A stretch of 64,000 nucleotides of DNA from Anaeramoeba ignava BMAN (GCA_028826165.1 JAPDFW010000136.1:620001-684000); one strand, 5' to 3'. Counted from the first letter of the stretch, positions 26,085-41,242 are shown. Notes: a model not told the origin generated them from the letters alone. Program-made: numbers and translations.

Positions 26085-28680
26085 ATGGGAAATCTTGAAA
26101 CAATTCAAACAGTTATACCAAAAAAAAAGAAAAAACAATTTTTAAAAATTCTTTCACATTTTCAAGATCCAGCAATATTATTTAACGAAAAAGAAAACTT
26201 TTTACAAATTAATCAACTTGCGGTTGAATTTTTTGGTGCAAAGAAAATGTCAGAAATTAAGAAAATTGGACTTGCAGGTTTGTTTCCTCTTGTTCAACCT
26301 CATTTAAAAGTTACTACAAGAGATGCTATTACAGCTTCAATCAAAAAAACAATAAAGTAAAAATTTTCTTATTGAGAAAAGAATTTTTAAATTTATTTTC
26401 TATTAAATTAGGGGGTTAAAAAAAATTTTAATAAACAAAAAAAAAACAACAAATTAAAATCAAATAAAAATTAAAATCAATTTAATATTCAATATCCAAT
26501 TCAATTTAATATTCAATTTAATATTCAATTTAATATTCAATATTCAATTCAATTCAATATTAAATTCAATTCAATATTCAATTCAATATTGAATTCAATT
26601 CAATATTCAATTCAATATTCAATTAAATATTCAATTCAATTCAATATTCAATTCAATATTCAATTCAATATTTAATTCAATTCAATTCAATTAAAATTTA
26701 ATTCAATTCAATTTAATTTAATTCAATTCAATTCAATTTAATATTCAATTTAATTCAATTCAATATTCAATTCAATATTCAATATTCAATTCAATTCAAA
26801 ATTTAATATTCAATATTCAATTCAATATTCAATTCAATATTCAATATTCAATTCAATATTCAATTCAATATTCAATTCAATATTCAATTTAATATTCAAT
26901 TCAATTCAATATTCAAAATTCAATTCAATATTCAAAATTCAATTTAATATTCAATTTAATATTCAATTCAATTCAATTCAATATTCAATTCAATATTCAA
27001 TTCAATTCAATATTCAATTCAATATTATTCAATCCATTATTCAATATTCCAATATTCAATATTCAATTCAATATTCAATTTAATATTCAATATTCAATTC
27101 AATATTCAATTCAATATTCAATTCAATTCAATTCAATTCAATATTCAATTCAATATTCAATTCAATATTCAATTCAATATTCAATTCAATATTCAATTCA
27201 ATATTCAATTCAATATTCAATTCAATATTCAATTCAATATTCAATATTTAATTCAATTCAAAATCAAAAATAAAATTCAATATTCAATTCAATATTCAAT
27301 TCAATTCAATATTTAATTCAATATTCAATATTCAATTCAATATTCAATTCAATTCAATTCAATATTCAATATTCAATTCAATTCAATTCAATATTCAATT
27401 CAATATTCAATATTCAATTTAATTCAATATTCAATTCAATATTCAATTCAATATTCAATTCAATTCAATTCAATTCAATATTCAATATTCAATTCAATTC
27501 AATATTCAATTCAATTCAATATTTAATTCAATTCAATATTTAATATTTAATATTCAATTCAATTTAATATTCAATATTCAATTCAATTTAATATTCAATA
27601 TTCAATTCAAATCAATTTAAAATTAAAATCAATTCAATATTCAATTCAATATTCAATTTAATATTCAATATTCAATATTCAATATTCAATTCAATTCAAT
27701 ATTCAATTCAATTCAATATTCAATTTAATTCAATATTCAATTCAATATTCAATTCAATTCAATTCAATTCAATTCAATTCAATTCAATTCAATATTTAAT
27801 TCAATTCAAAATCAAAAATAAAATTCAAAATCAAAAATAAAATTCAAAATCAAAAATAATATTCATTTTAAAATATTGAAAATCTTTTAAAAATTATAGT
27901 AAACAAGAAAAAGAAATCAATTTCGAATGTGAATGCCAAAAAACAAACGGAGACCTATTTTGGGGATACATTTGGATCACACCAATCAATTTAGCAGATA
28001 CATTTGCAATTCAAATGATATTCAAATTGAAAACAGAAACAACAGAAATTAAAGAAGCACCCAGAATAGTTGTATCAGATATAGAATCAGAAAAAGGAGA
28101 TGAGAAGTCAAAAACACAAACAGACACAGAAGACCAAAAAAACCCACTTGAAGAACTTTCATCGCAAGAATCAGATTTATCGGATTTTTATGATAAATAC
28201 GAAAACACAAATGTCAACAGAAAAAATACAGTTATTCCAATAACAAATTTTGACTTGGAAACTGATTCTCAAGACAAATTGAAGAAATTGGTTGAAACAG
28301 TTAAGTTTCAAGTTCGTGAAGCTGAAAATCCAACAGTTGAATTGGATGTGATCCAAAATCTAAATCGTATTTATCAACTATTTTTGAGTGCAATCAATGA
28401 AAGAGATCAAAATATCCAAAAAATTATGGAAAAATTAAAAAGTGAAAGAAAAAATTTCGAGAAAAAATATGATGAACTTGAAGAACATTTGCAAAGAAGA
28501 TTGGCAGGAATTCAAACAGAAAAACAAGTTAAAATGTCAGTTTCTGATACAAATCTGAAAATGAAAAAGGGTTTGGAATTAATTGCTCAGAATATCATTT
28601 CTCAAAAACAAAACCAAAAAAAACTACTTGAACAAATTCAATCTTTGGAAGGAGAACTTACTACTTTATCTGATAAATGA
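26085..28680 (+). CDS. PAS-domain plus coiled-coil protein with a probable N-myristoylation site; exons 26085-26356 and 27900-28680
   Basis: MGN start; DPAILFNEKENFLQINQLAVEFFG...LFPLVQP, then FECECQKTNGDLFWGYIWITPI (PAS/PAC). The phase-2 intron is GTAAAA..TATAG. Confidence 0.8.
26480..27810 (+). repeat. (AATTC/AATATTC)n-filled 1.5-kb intron of the PAS gene
   Basis: Seen directly; essentially G-free on the sense strand. Confidence 0.9.
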
Positions 28681-28820
28681 AAATGAAGAAAAAAGACACT
28701 TTTTTTTTCCCATATTTTTTAATTAAAAAAATTTTCATTTCAAATCAATTCAAATCAATTCAAATCAATTTAATAAAAAAAATTTTTCAATTTCAATTTC
28801 AATTCCAATTTCAATTCTTT

Positions 28821-31800
28821 TTACTTCTTTTCTTCTTTATCACAAGATAATAAAAGATGAAGATGAAGAATAGCAAGATTTCCATTTTCAAGTCCAACAA
28901 AAATCAATCTTTCGAATTCCAAAAAATATAAAGAAGTGATAGGACTATGAAGTTCAATATATTTTACTGTTGAAAAGTTATAAGTGCGGATCATTCTTAT
29001 AAAACCTTTTTGGGTTCCAACAATAAGAAAGTTTCCATCTTGCGAACAAGACAAACAGTTGATATTATCCGATAATTTTTTAGAATTCAACATTTTCGCA
29101 TTAATAGTAAAAAGTGACAATTTTTTGGATTGTTCAGAATATATCACAATATGACTATTTGGTAAAATCTTGAGTAATTTAACTGGGGAAGAATTGGGCT
29201 CAATTATTGAACGAATATATTTTGCTTTTTGCAATGTGTGAATAATACATGTTCCGTCTTTTGAACCTGAAACAATAATATCCAAATCAATTCTCATGTC
29301 AATACAAGTCACTTCATCGTCATGTCCATACAAAACATTTCGGGGTATTTTGCTTACTTTGTATGTTGTTTTATCGAAATCCCATATCATAATTGTTGTA
29401 TCTTTTGATCCTGTCAGTAAAATTCCTGAAGAATATTTAACACATGTTACAGTGTCATTGTGATGAATTATACTTTGTATTAGTCGATAATTTGAGATGT
29501 CAATGATTTTGAAACTATCATCCCAATATCCACATGTGAATAAAACTTGTAAATTTTCTGAAAGGGTAAAACAATTTGAGAGTGTTGTAATGTCTGGTAC
29601 AAAAGAATATCCAATTTGTTTTTGTGGATTTGTTTCAGATTTAACAAAAGTAAAGGGCAGATTAACTTGTATTTGTTTGTGCTTTTCATTTTTATTTTTT
29701 TCATTTTCATTTTTTTCATTTTGATTTTCATTTTCATTTTGATTTTCATTTTTATTTTCATTTTGATTTTCATTTTCATTTTTTTCATTTTCATTTTGAT
29801 TTTGATTTTCATTTTCATTATCATTTTGATTTTGATTTTGATTTTGATTTTGATTTTGATTTTCATTTTGATTTTGATTTTGATTTTCGTTTTGATTTTC
29901 ATTTTCATTTTCGTTTTGATTTTGATTTTCATTTTCATTTTGATTTTCATTTTGATTTTCATTTTCATTTTGATTTTTTTCATTTTCATTTTCATTTTCA
30001 TTTTGATTTTGATTTTGATTTTGATTTTCATTTTGATTTTGATTTTCATTTTCATTTTCATTTTGATTTTGATTTTGATTTTGATTTTGATTTTGATTTT
30101 GATTTTGATTTTGATTTTGATTTTGATTTTCGTTTTCATTATCATTTTGATTTTCGTTTTCATTTTCGTTTTCATTTTCATTTTGATTTTCATTTTGATT
30201 TTCATTTTCATTATCATTTTGATTTTCGTTTTCATTTTCGTTTTCATTTAGATTTTCATTTTCATCTTCATTTTCATTTAGATTTTGTAAAAATTCAATC
30301 CCATCAAGAGAAATTTTTGTATTAAAGAAAAAAGAATGACAATTCAAAATTCGATCACGATCTAAAGTAATAACTTGGTCATAAACTCCCATAAAGGAAA
30401 ACAAATAATTAGTTTTTAAAAAATTAATATAAATGATTGGAGATTCACCCAAATTAACTGTATAAGCTTGAATTGCTTGAATATCATTCATTCTCCAATA
30501 TAAGGATTTTTCACTTTCCAAATAAATAGCCTCATTACAAGAAAGTCTTTTAGGATGAGGAGATATTAATAATTGAGAAGGAGTTTGTCCAAAATATTCA
30601 ATTTGAGTTTCAAAAGATTGTTTTTGACCTGAAATTGCGAGTTTTTCAAAATCAATACGGTTTTCATAAGTCAAATAATAAAAAACATTAAAAGAATCAA
30701 TTGCTGCTTGTCCACTTTGTTTGTATCCAAATATCAAATCAATCCATTGATGTAAATGTTGAGAAACATATTCACTTTCCAAAGCTTCTCTATTAATTCG
30801 GACAAAATCTTCTGGATTTTTTGCCCAAGGTGGCATTTTGCAATCCTCAATTCTCTCCATTGATTGTTTTTTACCCAAATCAAATTTATTTGAATTATAG
30901 AAAAACTCTGGGAGATAAAAAAATTCTGGTATTAATTCCTTGACATCAGAAGTTGAATGCAACGAATTTCTCCAACTTTCGGCAACTGAATTGAATCCAC
31001 GATCAGCTTGGTCGAACTTGCCTCCTTGGAGTTGAATAGACATTGTTGTAAATGGTTCAAGACGAACTAAATAATAGAGTACGGTTCCTGGTGTGGAATA
31101 ATGTGATCCATAGTGAAAAGGTGGTATTCCGTCGGGTAAATTCAAGAAGTCTTTGTATCTTTTTTCAAAAATCTTTAGTCTTTTACTGTTTAATGCTCCG
31201 ATTGGTTTTGATAAATCTCGATAATTCTTCAGATCGGAAAGATCCAGTGTTTCGCTTTCGTAGTTTGAGATAATCCATGGGAAAACAGGATATTGCGAAA
31301 TATCATTGTATGAACGACCCGATATTGAATTTAATTGCATTAAATATTCAAAATTGCTGATTTGTCTTTTTTGCCATTTTACTGTTTGATTTGATTGTTT
31401 GAGCCACTTTATTGGATTATCGGTGTCGTTTTCAATAAGCAAATTGATTGGTTTCAAATCAATAATCTTGTCATAAACAGTGTTTCTTGTTTCTTGATTT
31501 TCGAAACTGAGGAAAAAGTTTTTTCTGTTAACCAAAAAGAATTCAAGCGCAATTTTCTGGAGTAAATGTCTGCGCTTATAGATTGAGATAAATTGACTCA
31601 TCGGCCAAACTTTGTTCTTGCCTTTTCTGTTCTTAATTTCGCTCATTTCATCCTCGCTTACCATCTCAGCATCGGTCACACTTTCTGAACTTATTCCCTT
31701 CTTACTATTTTCGTCATATAAAAAAAACTGAAGCGAATTTTGCTTTATTATTAGTTTCCCCGGTATTTTCGTCAATGAATGAATCATGTTGCATTTTGTT

Positions 31801-34800
31801 GAATATATCGGTGTTTCTTGTTTGATTTCCTGTGATTTGTCTTTGGATTGTTGTGATTTTTCCTGGTCTTGAGTATCAAAAATTCTGATCGAGATGTTTT
31901 TCTTAAAATTAGTACTCATATCTTGCTCGCTTTGCTCATCCGATGATTGTATTTCCGAATCGCTTAATTGCTGTCCAAAATCATTTTCAAATGTGTCTAA
32001 ACTCTTGGCAATTTTCTCATGATCTTCGGGAATCATTGCAAATTCATGTGATATTTCTTTCTGTTGTTCGAGTTTCATTTGAGTATAATGTCTCTCGATA
32101 ATTTTTTCTTGATTCCCAAGAATTCCTTCGTCTCTTTTGACTGATGCGAGAAAATGTGAATCGAAATGATAATTTTTCCTCATTTTTCTTCTGCATCTTT
32201 CTGAATCCTCAACTCGACTCAATTTCCAATGATCATTTGATTTTCCTGTTTTTTCGGAATCTTTTCTTTTTTTCTCAACTCCTGTTCCCCACGGCCCTCG
32301 TTCGTTAGTTAAACTTCTTAGCAAGCTTCTCCAATGCTTTGCAATGTAAGTTTTCTTTTGGCGATATTGTGTTTCTTGCAATGATTGATTTTGGTTCTCA
32401 ATCATTATTAAATGAACAATTTCATCCTTCATTTTATTTTGTGTTTCATTTGCAGTTTTGTATAATTGATTCGTTTCATTTGAAAAGATATTGCGAAACT
32501 TAACAAATGTTTTTTTGATTTTATCTGCGAAAAATAGGTTTTTGGTAATAAGATCGTGCAAAAATAACGCATTTTTCATATTGATGTTATTTTTAATGCA
32601 ATATTTCCATTGTTCTTGCTCAAAAATGGAGAAAATATCAATGGATCGATGCGTGATGATCCCGGAATCTTCCATAACTAAAGGCAGAATATGATTTGAT
32701 TCTTGATCCACAAAACTAGCCTTGAATATTTCGTAATATTCACGGATAAATGCCTGAATGTGGACAATAATAATTTCTCTTTTTGTATAATTTATATTGA
32801 CATCCATATCAATATCGTCATTGCTGATATTTTGGTTTTGTTCGTCATTTTCTTTATTATTTGAATTATTCTTATTTTCTTCTTTTTGTTCGTTCTCAAT
32901 TATTTTAACTGAAATTTCCTCACTCCAATTTCCATATAGTGTTTTGTATCTTTTTATATCATACAATGCTCTAAAAAGAAACGATAAAATGATAAAGACA
33001 TCGTTTTCACGATATTTGATAAAGTTTCTCTCGCTATTTGGCCAATGGCGCGAAGGAACATACATGATCTGAAGTGTATCCAATAATTTCCCACAAACAC
33101 TTACAGAAGTGCTTTCTTGAATCGAAATCAATACCAGAAATAAAATGTGATTAAAAAAGGCTTGATTTTTTGAATTCTTTTTGAAGTTGACCATATTTTC
33201 GGGAATTTTAGAGCTTTTTTGCGAATTGTATTCAGAGAAAAACCTGCATTTCTTAAGAAATTCTAGAAGATCTATTATAAACTCAACATCAACCCAGCAT
33301 TTCTTTTCTTGTTCTTCTTCAGATACAATCGAAGAATCATGGGATTCACTAATTTCATCTGTATCTATTTGAGGTTTCTCGATTGTATCTTGTAATTTTT
33401 CTTTTGGATCTTCATTGATTACAAAATGAATAACGAACCGAAGAAAATCGGAAATGTTTTCATAAATTTTGATTAAGCTTTTTTTCTCTTTTGGCTTTTC
33501 TCCTGTATTTTCATTAGAAAATATAGTGTCTATTACTTGAAGAAAAGCTAGCATATATCTAGAATAAATTAGTCTTAATAAATCATGGAATTTTTGTTTA
33601 GAAAGATCTTTTTCTTCTGCGATTATTTGAAGTATAAAATGTGTTTGTTCGAGAAAGTTTCTAATTTCATAGAAATGAAGAAAGGTTTTTTTGACAAGTT
33701 CCTGAAAAATCGAGAGGAAAATATTATTGATTTTGATTTTAATTTGATTTTCATTTTCATTTTCATTTTGATTTTCATTTTCATTTTGATTTTGATTTTG
33801 ATTTTGATTTTGATTTTCATCTTGATTTTCATTTTCATTTTCATTTTCATCTTGTTTTAAGCAATTAAGAATAAAATCAAAATATAGTTCAGAAAGAATC
33901 CAATATTGCCAATTTTGTTCCTTCAAAATAATTTCACAATTTTTTTGATTTTCTTGAATTTTTTTAAATATTTTTTTCATAGATAAAAGTGCAATTTCAT
34001 TTTTTGAATCATGACACAAATGAAATATAGTTTTTAAAAGGAAAACATTTTTCATTCCAAGATCTTCCTGTTTTTCATCTTCATCAATAATTGGTTGATT
34101 TTTAGCAAATAAAAGATGGCGCAATTGCTTTGAGAAGTGTTGTGTGAGGGAGAATCTGATGAGAATATTATGAAACATTTCTGCACCAGTTGGAGATTCC
34201 AATCTACTTGTTAATTTTTTAGATGGTTTAATTATATTTTCAAGACTTTTTAAATAAGTTAATTTTTTTTCATTTAGGTTATTTGAAGCCTGAATGAACC
34301 CATGCAAATAAGAAATTAAGTCGAGACAAGCACATCTTACATCCTCATTTGTGGTCGAGCATAATGTTATAAACCAATCTATCAAATTTGTTTCTTCGAG
34401 AGCTTGTCGAACAATGACAGGATTTTGTTGTAAAATTCTTTGGATTAAATGAAGAATAACAAGAGAAAATGAGATATCATCTTTTGTAAAGCAAACAATA
34501 ACCAAAGAAGTGATATCACCTGAGTTATATCTCTGTTTAATTACAGATTCAATTAAATTAAGCATTTTCTCTTGAAGAATTTTGTTTTCTTCTTGATTTG
34601 GTAATCTTCCAATAGAAAATCGAGTTTTGGGTTGAATTTTCTCAATTTCCCGTTTTTGATGATTTGGTTGGTCTGGACTATTGACCCAGTAATAAGAGTA
34701 GTAAATATCAAGAAGATGTGAGACAGGAACCCCCACATAACGATCTTCGTCTTTTTCTTGTTGATTTTGTGCAAAGAAATAAATCAATTCGATAACTAAG

Positions 34801-37800
34801 GTTTGGATTTCCAAAGTGCAATAAATCCAAAGATCAAAATCCAAAATCAAATCCATGAGCAAACTTCTGAGAAATTGTTTGTTTTGACACTCTCCAATAA
34901 CAAAACGAATGTTATCGATTGTTTCTTTTTTGATGTGTTGAGCCCGAATATGTTGATACAGATAACTGAGGATCTTGAATCCATCACAACGAATCATATC
35001 CTCTTGATTTGATGAGCTATGTCTGAGAATATCGAATATGATTTCAAATATTTTTAAAGAAGAAGAATCATCAGCAGTGTTATCAACTGTTTCTTGTGGT
35101 TTTTTTTCTTCATGAATTTTGATATTTTCAAGTGTTCCAAGTGGTTGATCAACTTGGATGATTAGCGGGAAAAATGTTTTGATTCCGCCAAGACGATAAA
35201 CAATATCATGAATGTTACTTGAAATGCATTGCGATGTTGCAATCATTTTCGAGTATATTGCAGGACTGGAGGAATTTTGAGCTGTGCTTTGATCGGGACA
35301 AATTGTTCCTAAACATGATTTTGCGTTGAAATGAAGAAATATCTTCGAACTCAGTTGCTCATTCAAAATTGATGATTGTTCAAGTTGACTCTGAAGATTT
35401 ACAGACCATTCACAATTGAAAAAACTGGAGAAATAATTTGGAGATAAATCATAAATTCCTTGAATTTGTTTAACCGATAAAGGATCGTTGAAAAAATAAA
35501 TTGTTCCCATCTGTCCTACAAAGCTATTCTTTCCAAAAACATCAGATCCTATTCTATTTTTGGTAAATCGTCCAAATTTCGGATATTTGAAATCCTGTTC
35601 TGAATAAATTTTGATGTGATTTAAATAGAATCCTAAATCCCCTGAATTCGACCATCTGCCACAAGAATGAGAAAGAGCAATAAAATACCACTTGCAAAGT
35701 TGAATATCAAAAGGTATAATTGCAGTTTTACTTTGGTTGGGACCAGTGTATACACAAACATGCATATTGATTGACCAAATTTGAATTTCATTTTCATTTA
35801 TGAGATTGATTTCATTTTGATTTACAATTCGGAAATTATCTTGATCTTGATTATTATTATTATTATTATTATTTTCATTATTTTCATTATTTTCATTATC
35901 ATCATTATTATCATTCATGATTTTAACATCTTGATTGGAATCTTTTTTATTTTTTTTCATTTTAATATCAGTATTAATTGCAACAAAATCACTATTACTT
36001 TCTGATTTGGTCACAACTTGATATATTGGATTCTTTTCGAAATAGACTTCAATTCCTTGTGAGTTTTCATTAAAAAAACTAAATAATCTTGGTGTATATT
36101 TCCGTGATTTATCAACGGGATCATCAAAACGTTCAAATCGAATCCAAGTTGTGAAACAATATCCTTTACTTGATCCCCATTTTTCGATTGGCTGTATTTT
36201 AAGACTTGCATTTACTCCCATAAAATCAAAAAAAGCATCAGGACCCGCTCCAGCTTTTGCTGATATCTCCTTCATTGCTGATAAAAACAAAGGAGATGTT
36301 GGAGGTCTGAATTGTCCTTGAATGCTCTTCAAAGCAAAGAAAAAAAGCTTGAGTTCTTTGACTGTGATTCTGTGAGAACCAAGAATTTTAATCAATGCGA
36401 TGATTTTATTCTTGAGATCGAGATGAAGATCCTCCTCAGAAACAAGCCTTATTAGATACGGAATTAGCCCCACTTTGCAGCAGCAGGAGCAATTATGAAT
36501 GGATTTGATGCAAATTGAAGTGAAATAATCAAGTGTTCTGTGGAAAAGTGATAATCTTTCTTTTTTCTTGGATTTCACGCAATAAAGATTGAAAATAAGC
36601 ATAACCACATCTTCGTTTCTGATCAAGAATTTGAGTTGCAAATGGAACAAACCATTATTAACAAGCAAATTGAAAAGAAGCATAAATATTGAGTTGTTTA
36701 TTCGCTCAATTTTATCTTTTGAGATGAGCTCTTTGATTTTTTGGTATCCTGATTTCTGTCTGAATGCCTTCATATTTTTCCTATTATTGTAAAGTAGATC
36801 CTTCAGAATTTGCATGAAATCGGAAAGAAAAAGCAAGCCCAAATTGGGTATCTCGAATAATTTCAAAAAAACATCAGTTGCATTTGCTCTGAAAAACAAA
36901 ATTTGCAAAGGTTTTCTATTTCTTTGCAGGCCTTGTATCATGATATGAAGAACCTCTTTGGCAAGCAAAAGATGCATATTATCCATCGAGATATTTTCCA
37001 CTTTGCTCATTGAACGGACTAACTCAGTGATTAATTCCGTTACAGAAAAAACAAAAAGATAAAATTGGTCCAAGTTTTTTTCATCAATAAGATTCATAAG
37101 GTTTTCAATATGTCTGACAGCAAAGCTCTTTGTATTTAAATCCAGGAATAGTTTGCAAATCACTTTGACAAACAAAGGATCATTGATGATCAAGTTTTTC
37201 AACTCTTTTGGCTTTTTTTCAGCCTCTTGAAGCATATCAGGAACAAAATTCAGTAATTCTTCAAATATCTGATAAATCACAAACATCATTTTGTTGAATA
37301 CTGGCAATTCCTTTTCGGATATACTTTCTTGAACAATTTCATCAGTGCTTTCCGTGTTTTTCTGAAATAACAAAAGAAATTCAGAAATTGTGAAGAATTT
37401 GTCGTTTTGTGAAAGTTCGATAATTGTATCTTTTTTGCGTGATTTTATAATTTGCAAAAAAGTTGAGAAAATATTCAATAAAAATGCGAAATTTGTTTGA
37501 TTTGAAAAAGAAGTTGATAATAAAAAAGTGATCAAATTGATATTTGAAGTATTTTTGTTGATCGAAACCAAATATAGCAAGTTATGGAGATATTTCGAAG
37601 TGTAAACTAAATTGAGATTTATTTGATTGCCAGTATTATTGTTTTGGATATCAATTTTTTGGATAATATTCTTCTCTTGATCATCTTTGTTTTCAATCTC
37701 CTTTTTGTCCTGAGAATTAAAAAAGGCATAAAGTATATATATTTATATATTTATAAAGAAAAATAATAATAATAATAATAAAAATAAAAATACGGAAATC

Positions 37801-40286
37801 AATCTATAATCAAGATAAATGCAAAAAAGTTGTTTCCAAAATTTTGGATCATAGAATATTTCATGAATAAATGATTTATATATTGTGTGCATAAATTGTA
37901 GGACATATAATTGAAGAAGGGAATTTGAAGAAAATAACTGGAGTCTTGCTTGTTTGTTTTGCAACGAATCTTTCAAGTCATCATTAAACAAATTTGTCAA
38001 TATTTCGATCACTCTTTCTGTTAAAGAACGGACATGGATTTCCGAAGCTGTTTGCACTTGTATTTGCTCCAAATCAAGTTTTTTAGATTGAGGGAAATTT
38101 TGGTAATTGGATGATTCAGGAAGTTGACAAATTTCAGTCAATATTTGAAACATCAAATCAAATTCAGAATTAACAAGAAGTGTGTGATTTAAATCAGGAA
38201 GAGGATATTTGCATTCCGGAAGACCAAAATTTTGCTCCATTTTAACAAAATCATCCCTTTCAAATGGGAGAACAAGTTGGAGTGGCAACTCTTGATAAAT
38301 TATATTTTATAAAAAAAAATAGATAAAAATACCAAAAATGAATAAATTGGATCAAATGAATAATTTTCTTTTTTCTACCTTCTTTTTGATTTTCATTCTC
38401 TCTATTTATGTTTTGCATCTTTTGTTGTGAAAAATTTGTTTTTTTGGAAGGAAATGTTGACGAAATCCAAAGAATAAAATCAATCAAATTATCAAGTTTG
38501 CTACTTGAATAAATAATTTCTGCAATTTTTGGATGAGTTGGAATAGATTCACGTAAAAATCTCAAAATGGAAATTCGGAAATGAAATTGTAAAGTATTTT
38601 CAATTTCTACAGAATGTTCTTGAATAACAAATGAATTGTCAAAATCAAATGGATTTTCTATTTTTTCTTTAAAATCCATAAGGTTTTGAAGTCCTGGATT
38701 TGGAGGTGATAAATCATCAAGAAGTATTTGAATAATATTCGAAATGTGATCTAAATTTAGCATTGAATGTTGATTAAAAAGACTGAAAATTGTAAGAAAT
38801 TTCAATTTGGAATTATATTGTTCAGCTGTAAGTGTAAATTTTCTTGAAAGATCAGATTGAATTTGGAATATTTCTACAAAACAAAACAAAACAAAACATA
38901 AAAATTATAATAATAAATTCTTTTTCTTATATTTTGTTTGTTTTGTTTTTTTTACGAATAAGTTTTTGGATTACTCGATCCATTTTTTCAATTGCGAAAA
39001 GATTTTGTTGATTTTGAAATTCTAAATCCATAAATAAAGATAATATTTCAAGACAATTAAGCACAACAAATTCAATTAAAAATATTTTTTGAGCTAAAAT
39101 TTGAGCTGAGAAAATATTCTGAATTATATATATTTTGTTTGTTTTTGTTTGTTTTTGATGAGAAAAAAACAGAGAATTGCATTGAATTTGTTTATTTTAA
39201 GATTTTTATACTGATTGAGAAATTGATGGGAATAAAATGATTGCTTGTTCCAAAATATCCAAAATAGTATCTATTAATCCAAATGAAATTAATATTTGTC
39301 TGTTATAAAAAGATTTTGCAAGACAAATGATAACTTTTAAAGAAATTGCTGTGTTGATATTTCCTTCTAATTTGATTTCTTGAAAATTTAATAAATTTAT
39401 GTCTTCTTTTGTATTTGATATTTGATAACTAAAATTGTATTCCTCTAAAACATATATGGAAAAAATGATATGATTAAAAATTAATCTTATTCAAATGCTC
39501 TTATATTTTTTTTACCGGAAATCCATTTATTGAATATTTTGAGAATTGTAACTGTTTGATAAATAAATTCTGGAGGATGAATTTGATCATTTTTAATCAA
39601 TTCAGAAACGTCTTTGAGACTTTTTATATCCATTGTGACATTTGAATTATTTTTATTTTTTTGAGATTTTTTAACTTGAATTCTTTTTTTTTCATGTAAA
39701 GAATGAGGAAGCCAATTGTTATATGAACGAATAAATAATTGAGCGAAACTGAAATACCAGTCAAATTTTTGAGACTACAAATATATTTATTTAGAAATTT
39801 ATTTATAATTTATTTAGAAATTTATAAATTAATTTATTTATAATTTTATAAATTAATTTATAATTTAATTTATAATTTTATTTATAATTTATTTATAATT
39901 TAATTTATAATTTTATTTATAATTTAATTTATAATTTTAATTATATTTTAATTTATAATTTAATTTATAATTTAATTTAGTGGTAATTTTGTTTTAGAAT
40001 TTAATTTAATGGAAATTTTTTTCGTTAAATTAATGTAAAAAAGAGTTCAAATTTGTCTTTAAATTTTTCCATTTTTGAAATAATTTTGATGATAAATTGT
40101 TTTTTTAAATATGGTTTTTCTATAAACCTTTTTCTTCCAAAGAGAAACTAATTCTTGTGAATTTTTTATTGCATTTCGAAAAAAAAGATCCTTTTCTTTT
40201 GAAGAAAGTTCAAATCCAAAAATAGAATTAAGAGGATCTAAAATTTGCTTTTTTTTATTAGAACTAAATTTTTTAAAAAAAGACAT
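28821..40286 (-). CDS. BEACH-domain protein (neurobeachin/LvsC-like; ARM, ConA-like, PH, BEACH, WD40), 3564 aa; exons 40286-40128, 39774-39516, 39444-39212, 39118-38956, 38873-38379, 38290-37794, 37709-28821
   Basis: WQKRQISNFEYLMQLN..SGRSYND.SQYPVFPW; HYGSHYS; DVKELIPEFF; FGQTPSQL; WD40 GHDDEV. All six GT-AG introns are phase-consistent. Confidence 0.93.
29690..30285 (-). repeat. In-frame (NQ/NE)n insertion of ~200 aa between the BEACH and WD40 regions
   Basis: Hexamer repeat inside ORF 28821-37580. Confidence 0.9.
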
Positions 40287-40361
40287 AAAACAAAAATAAG
40301 AAAAAAATGAAAAAAATGAAAAATGAAAAAATGAAAAAATGAAAAAGTTTATTTTTAAAAT

Positions 40362-40847
40362 TTAATTGGAATTTTTTTTCCTTTTTTTCTCTTCTTGTTT
40401 TGGATCTAAATTTGATTGGTTTTTTTCCTCTATTTTTTGTTTATTTTTTTCATTTATTAATTTTCGTAATAAATGATTGATTTCTTTTTTTTTATTTGAT
40501 GAATTTTTTTGAGAAGTTAATAAATAATAAGATAAATTATTTTGAAGAATTTGATTTTGTTTTTTTTCTCTTTTTTTTGGGTTTTTCTAAAGAAATTATT
40601 TATAAAAACAAAAAGAAGAAGAAAATTTAAAAAGTTTCATAATTTAATTTAAATTAATTTAATTGGATTTCATTGAATTTAATTTACCAACAATATTTTT
40701 AATTTTTCCTTTTTTTATTTTTTCATTTTGTTTTTTCATTTTGTTTTTCTTTATTTTCTTAAGGTTTTTTTGAGTATTTTTCATATTTTTTTGTAAGTGT
40801 TCTTTTTGATGTAATTTTAACTGTTTATTTAATAAATTTAAAGACAT
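40362..40847 (-). CDS. Small basic protein, possibly AROS/RPS19BP1-like (~128 aa); exons 40847-40688 and 40586-40362, with one indel in an A run
   Basis: An Inr-like array lies upstream. The protein starts MSLNLLNKQL, the intron is GTAAAT..CTTTAG, and exon 2 contains NQILQNNLSYYL. Confidence 0.5.
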
Positions 40848-41242
40848 TTCAAAAATGAAAAAAAATGAAAAAAAAATTTTACAAATTTAAAAAAAAAATT
40901 AAAACAAATTTGATAATAATTTATTAAGGATTTATTAATAATTTTTTTTATTCCAATCATTTTAAAATTGAAAATAATTTTAATTATTATTTTTTTCATT
41001 TGAAATTATTGAAATAAAATTAATAAATATTTTGAATTAATTTTTTTTTAATTTTTAGAATAATTTTAATTTAATAATAATAAGGATTTCTTAATTAAAA
41101 ATGAAATTAAAGAAATTTCCTTTTTTTTTTTATTATTTTATTTTAATTTAATTTTTTTTTTTTTTTGATTTTCATTTTTTTATTTTTTATTTTTAATTAA
41201 AAAAAAATTTTTTTTTTAAATTATTTTATATTATTTTTTTTT

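Noticed and set aside
36480-36510. HNC in BEACH (also HNS in Furry and HYOU1) as possible intein C-termini
   Set aside because: There is no matching Hint block A/B or endonuclease motif. SIHNC..C.KVGL aligns with the normal neurobeachin-type ARM segment.
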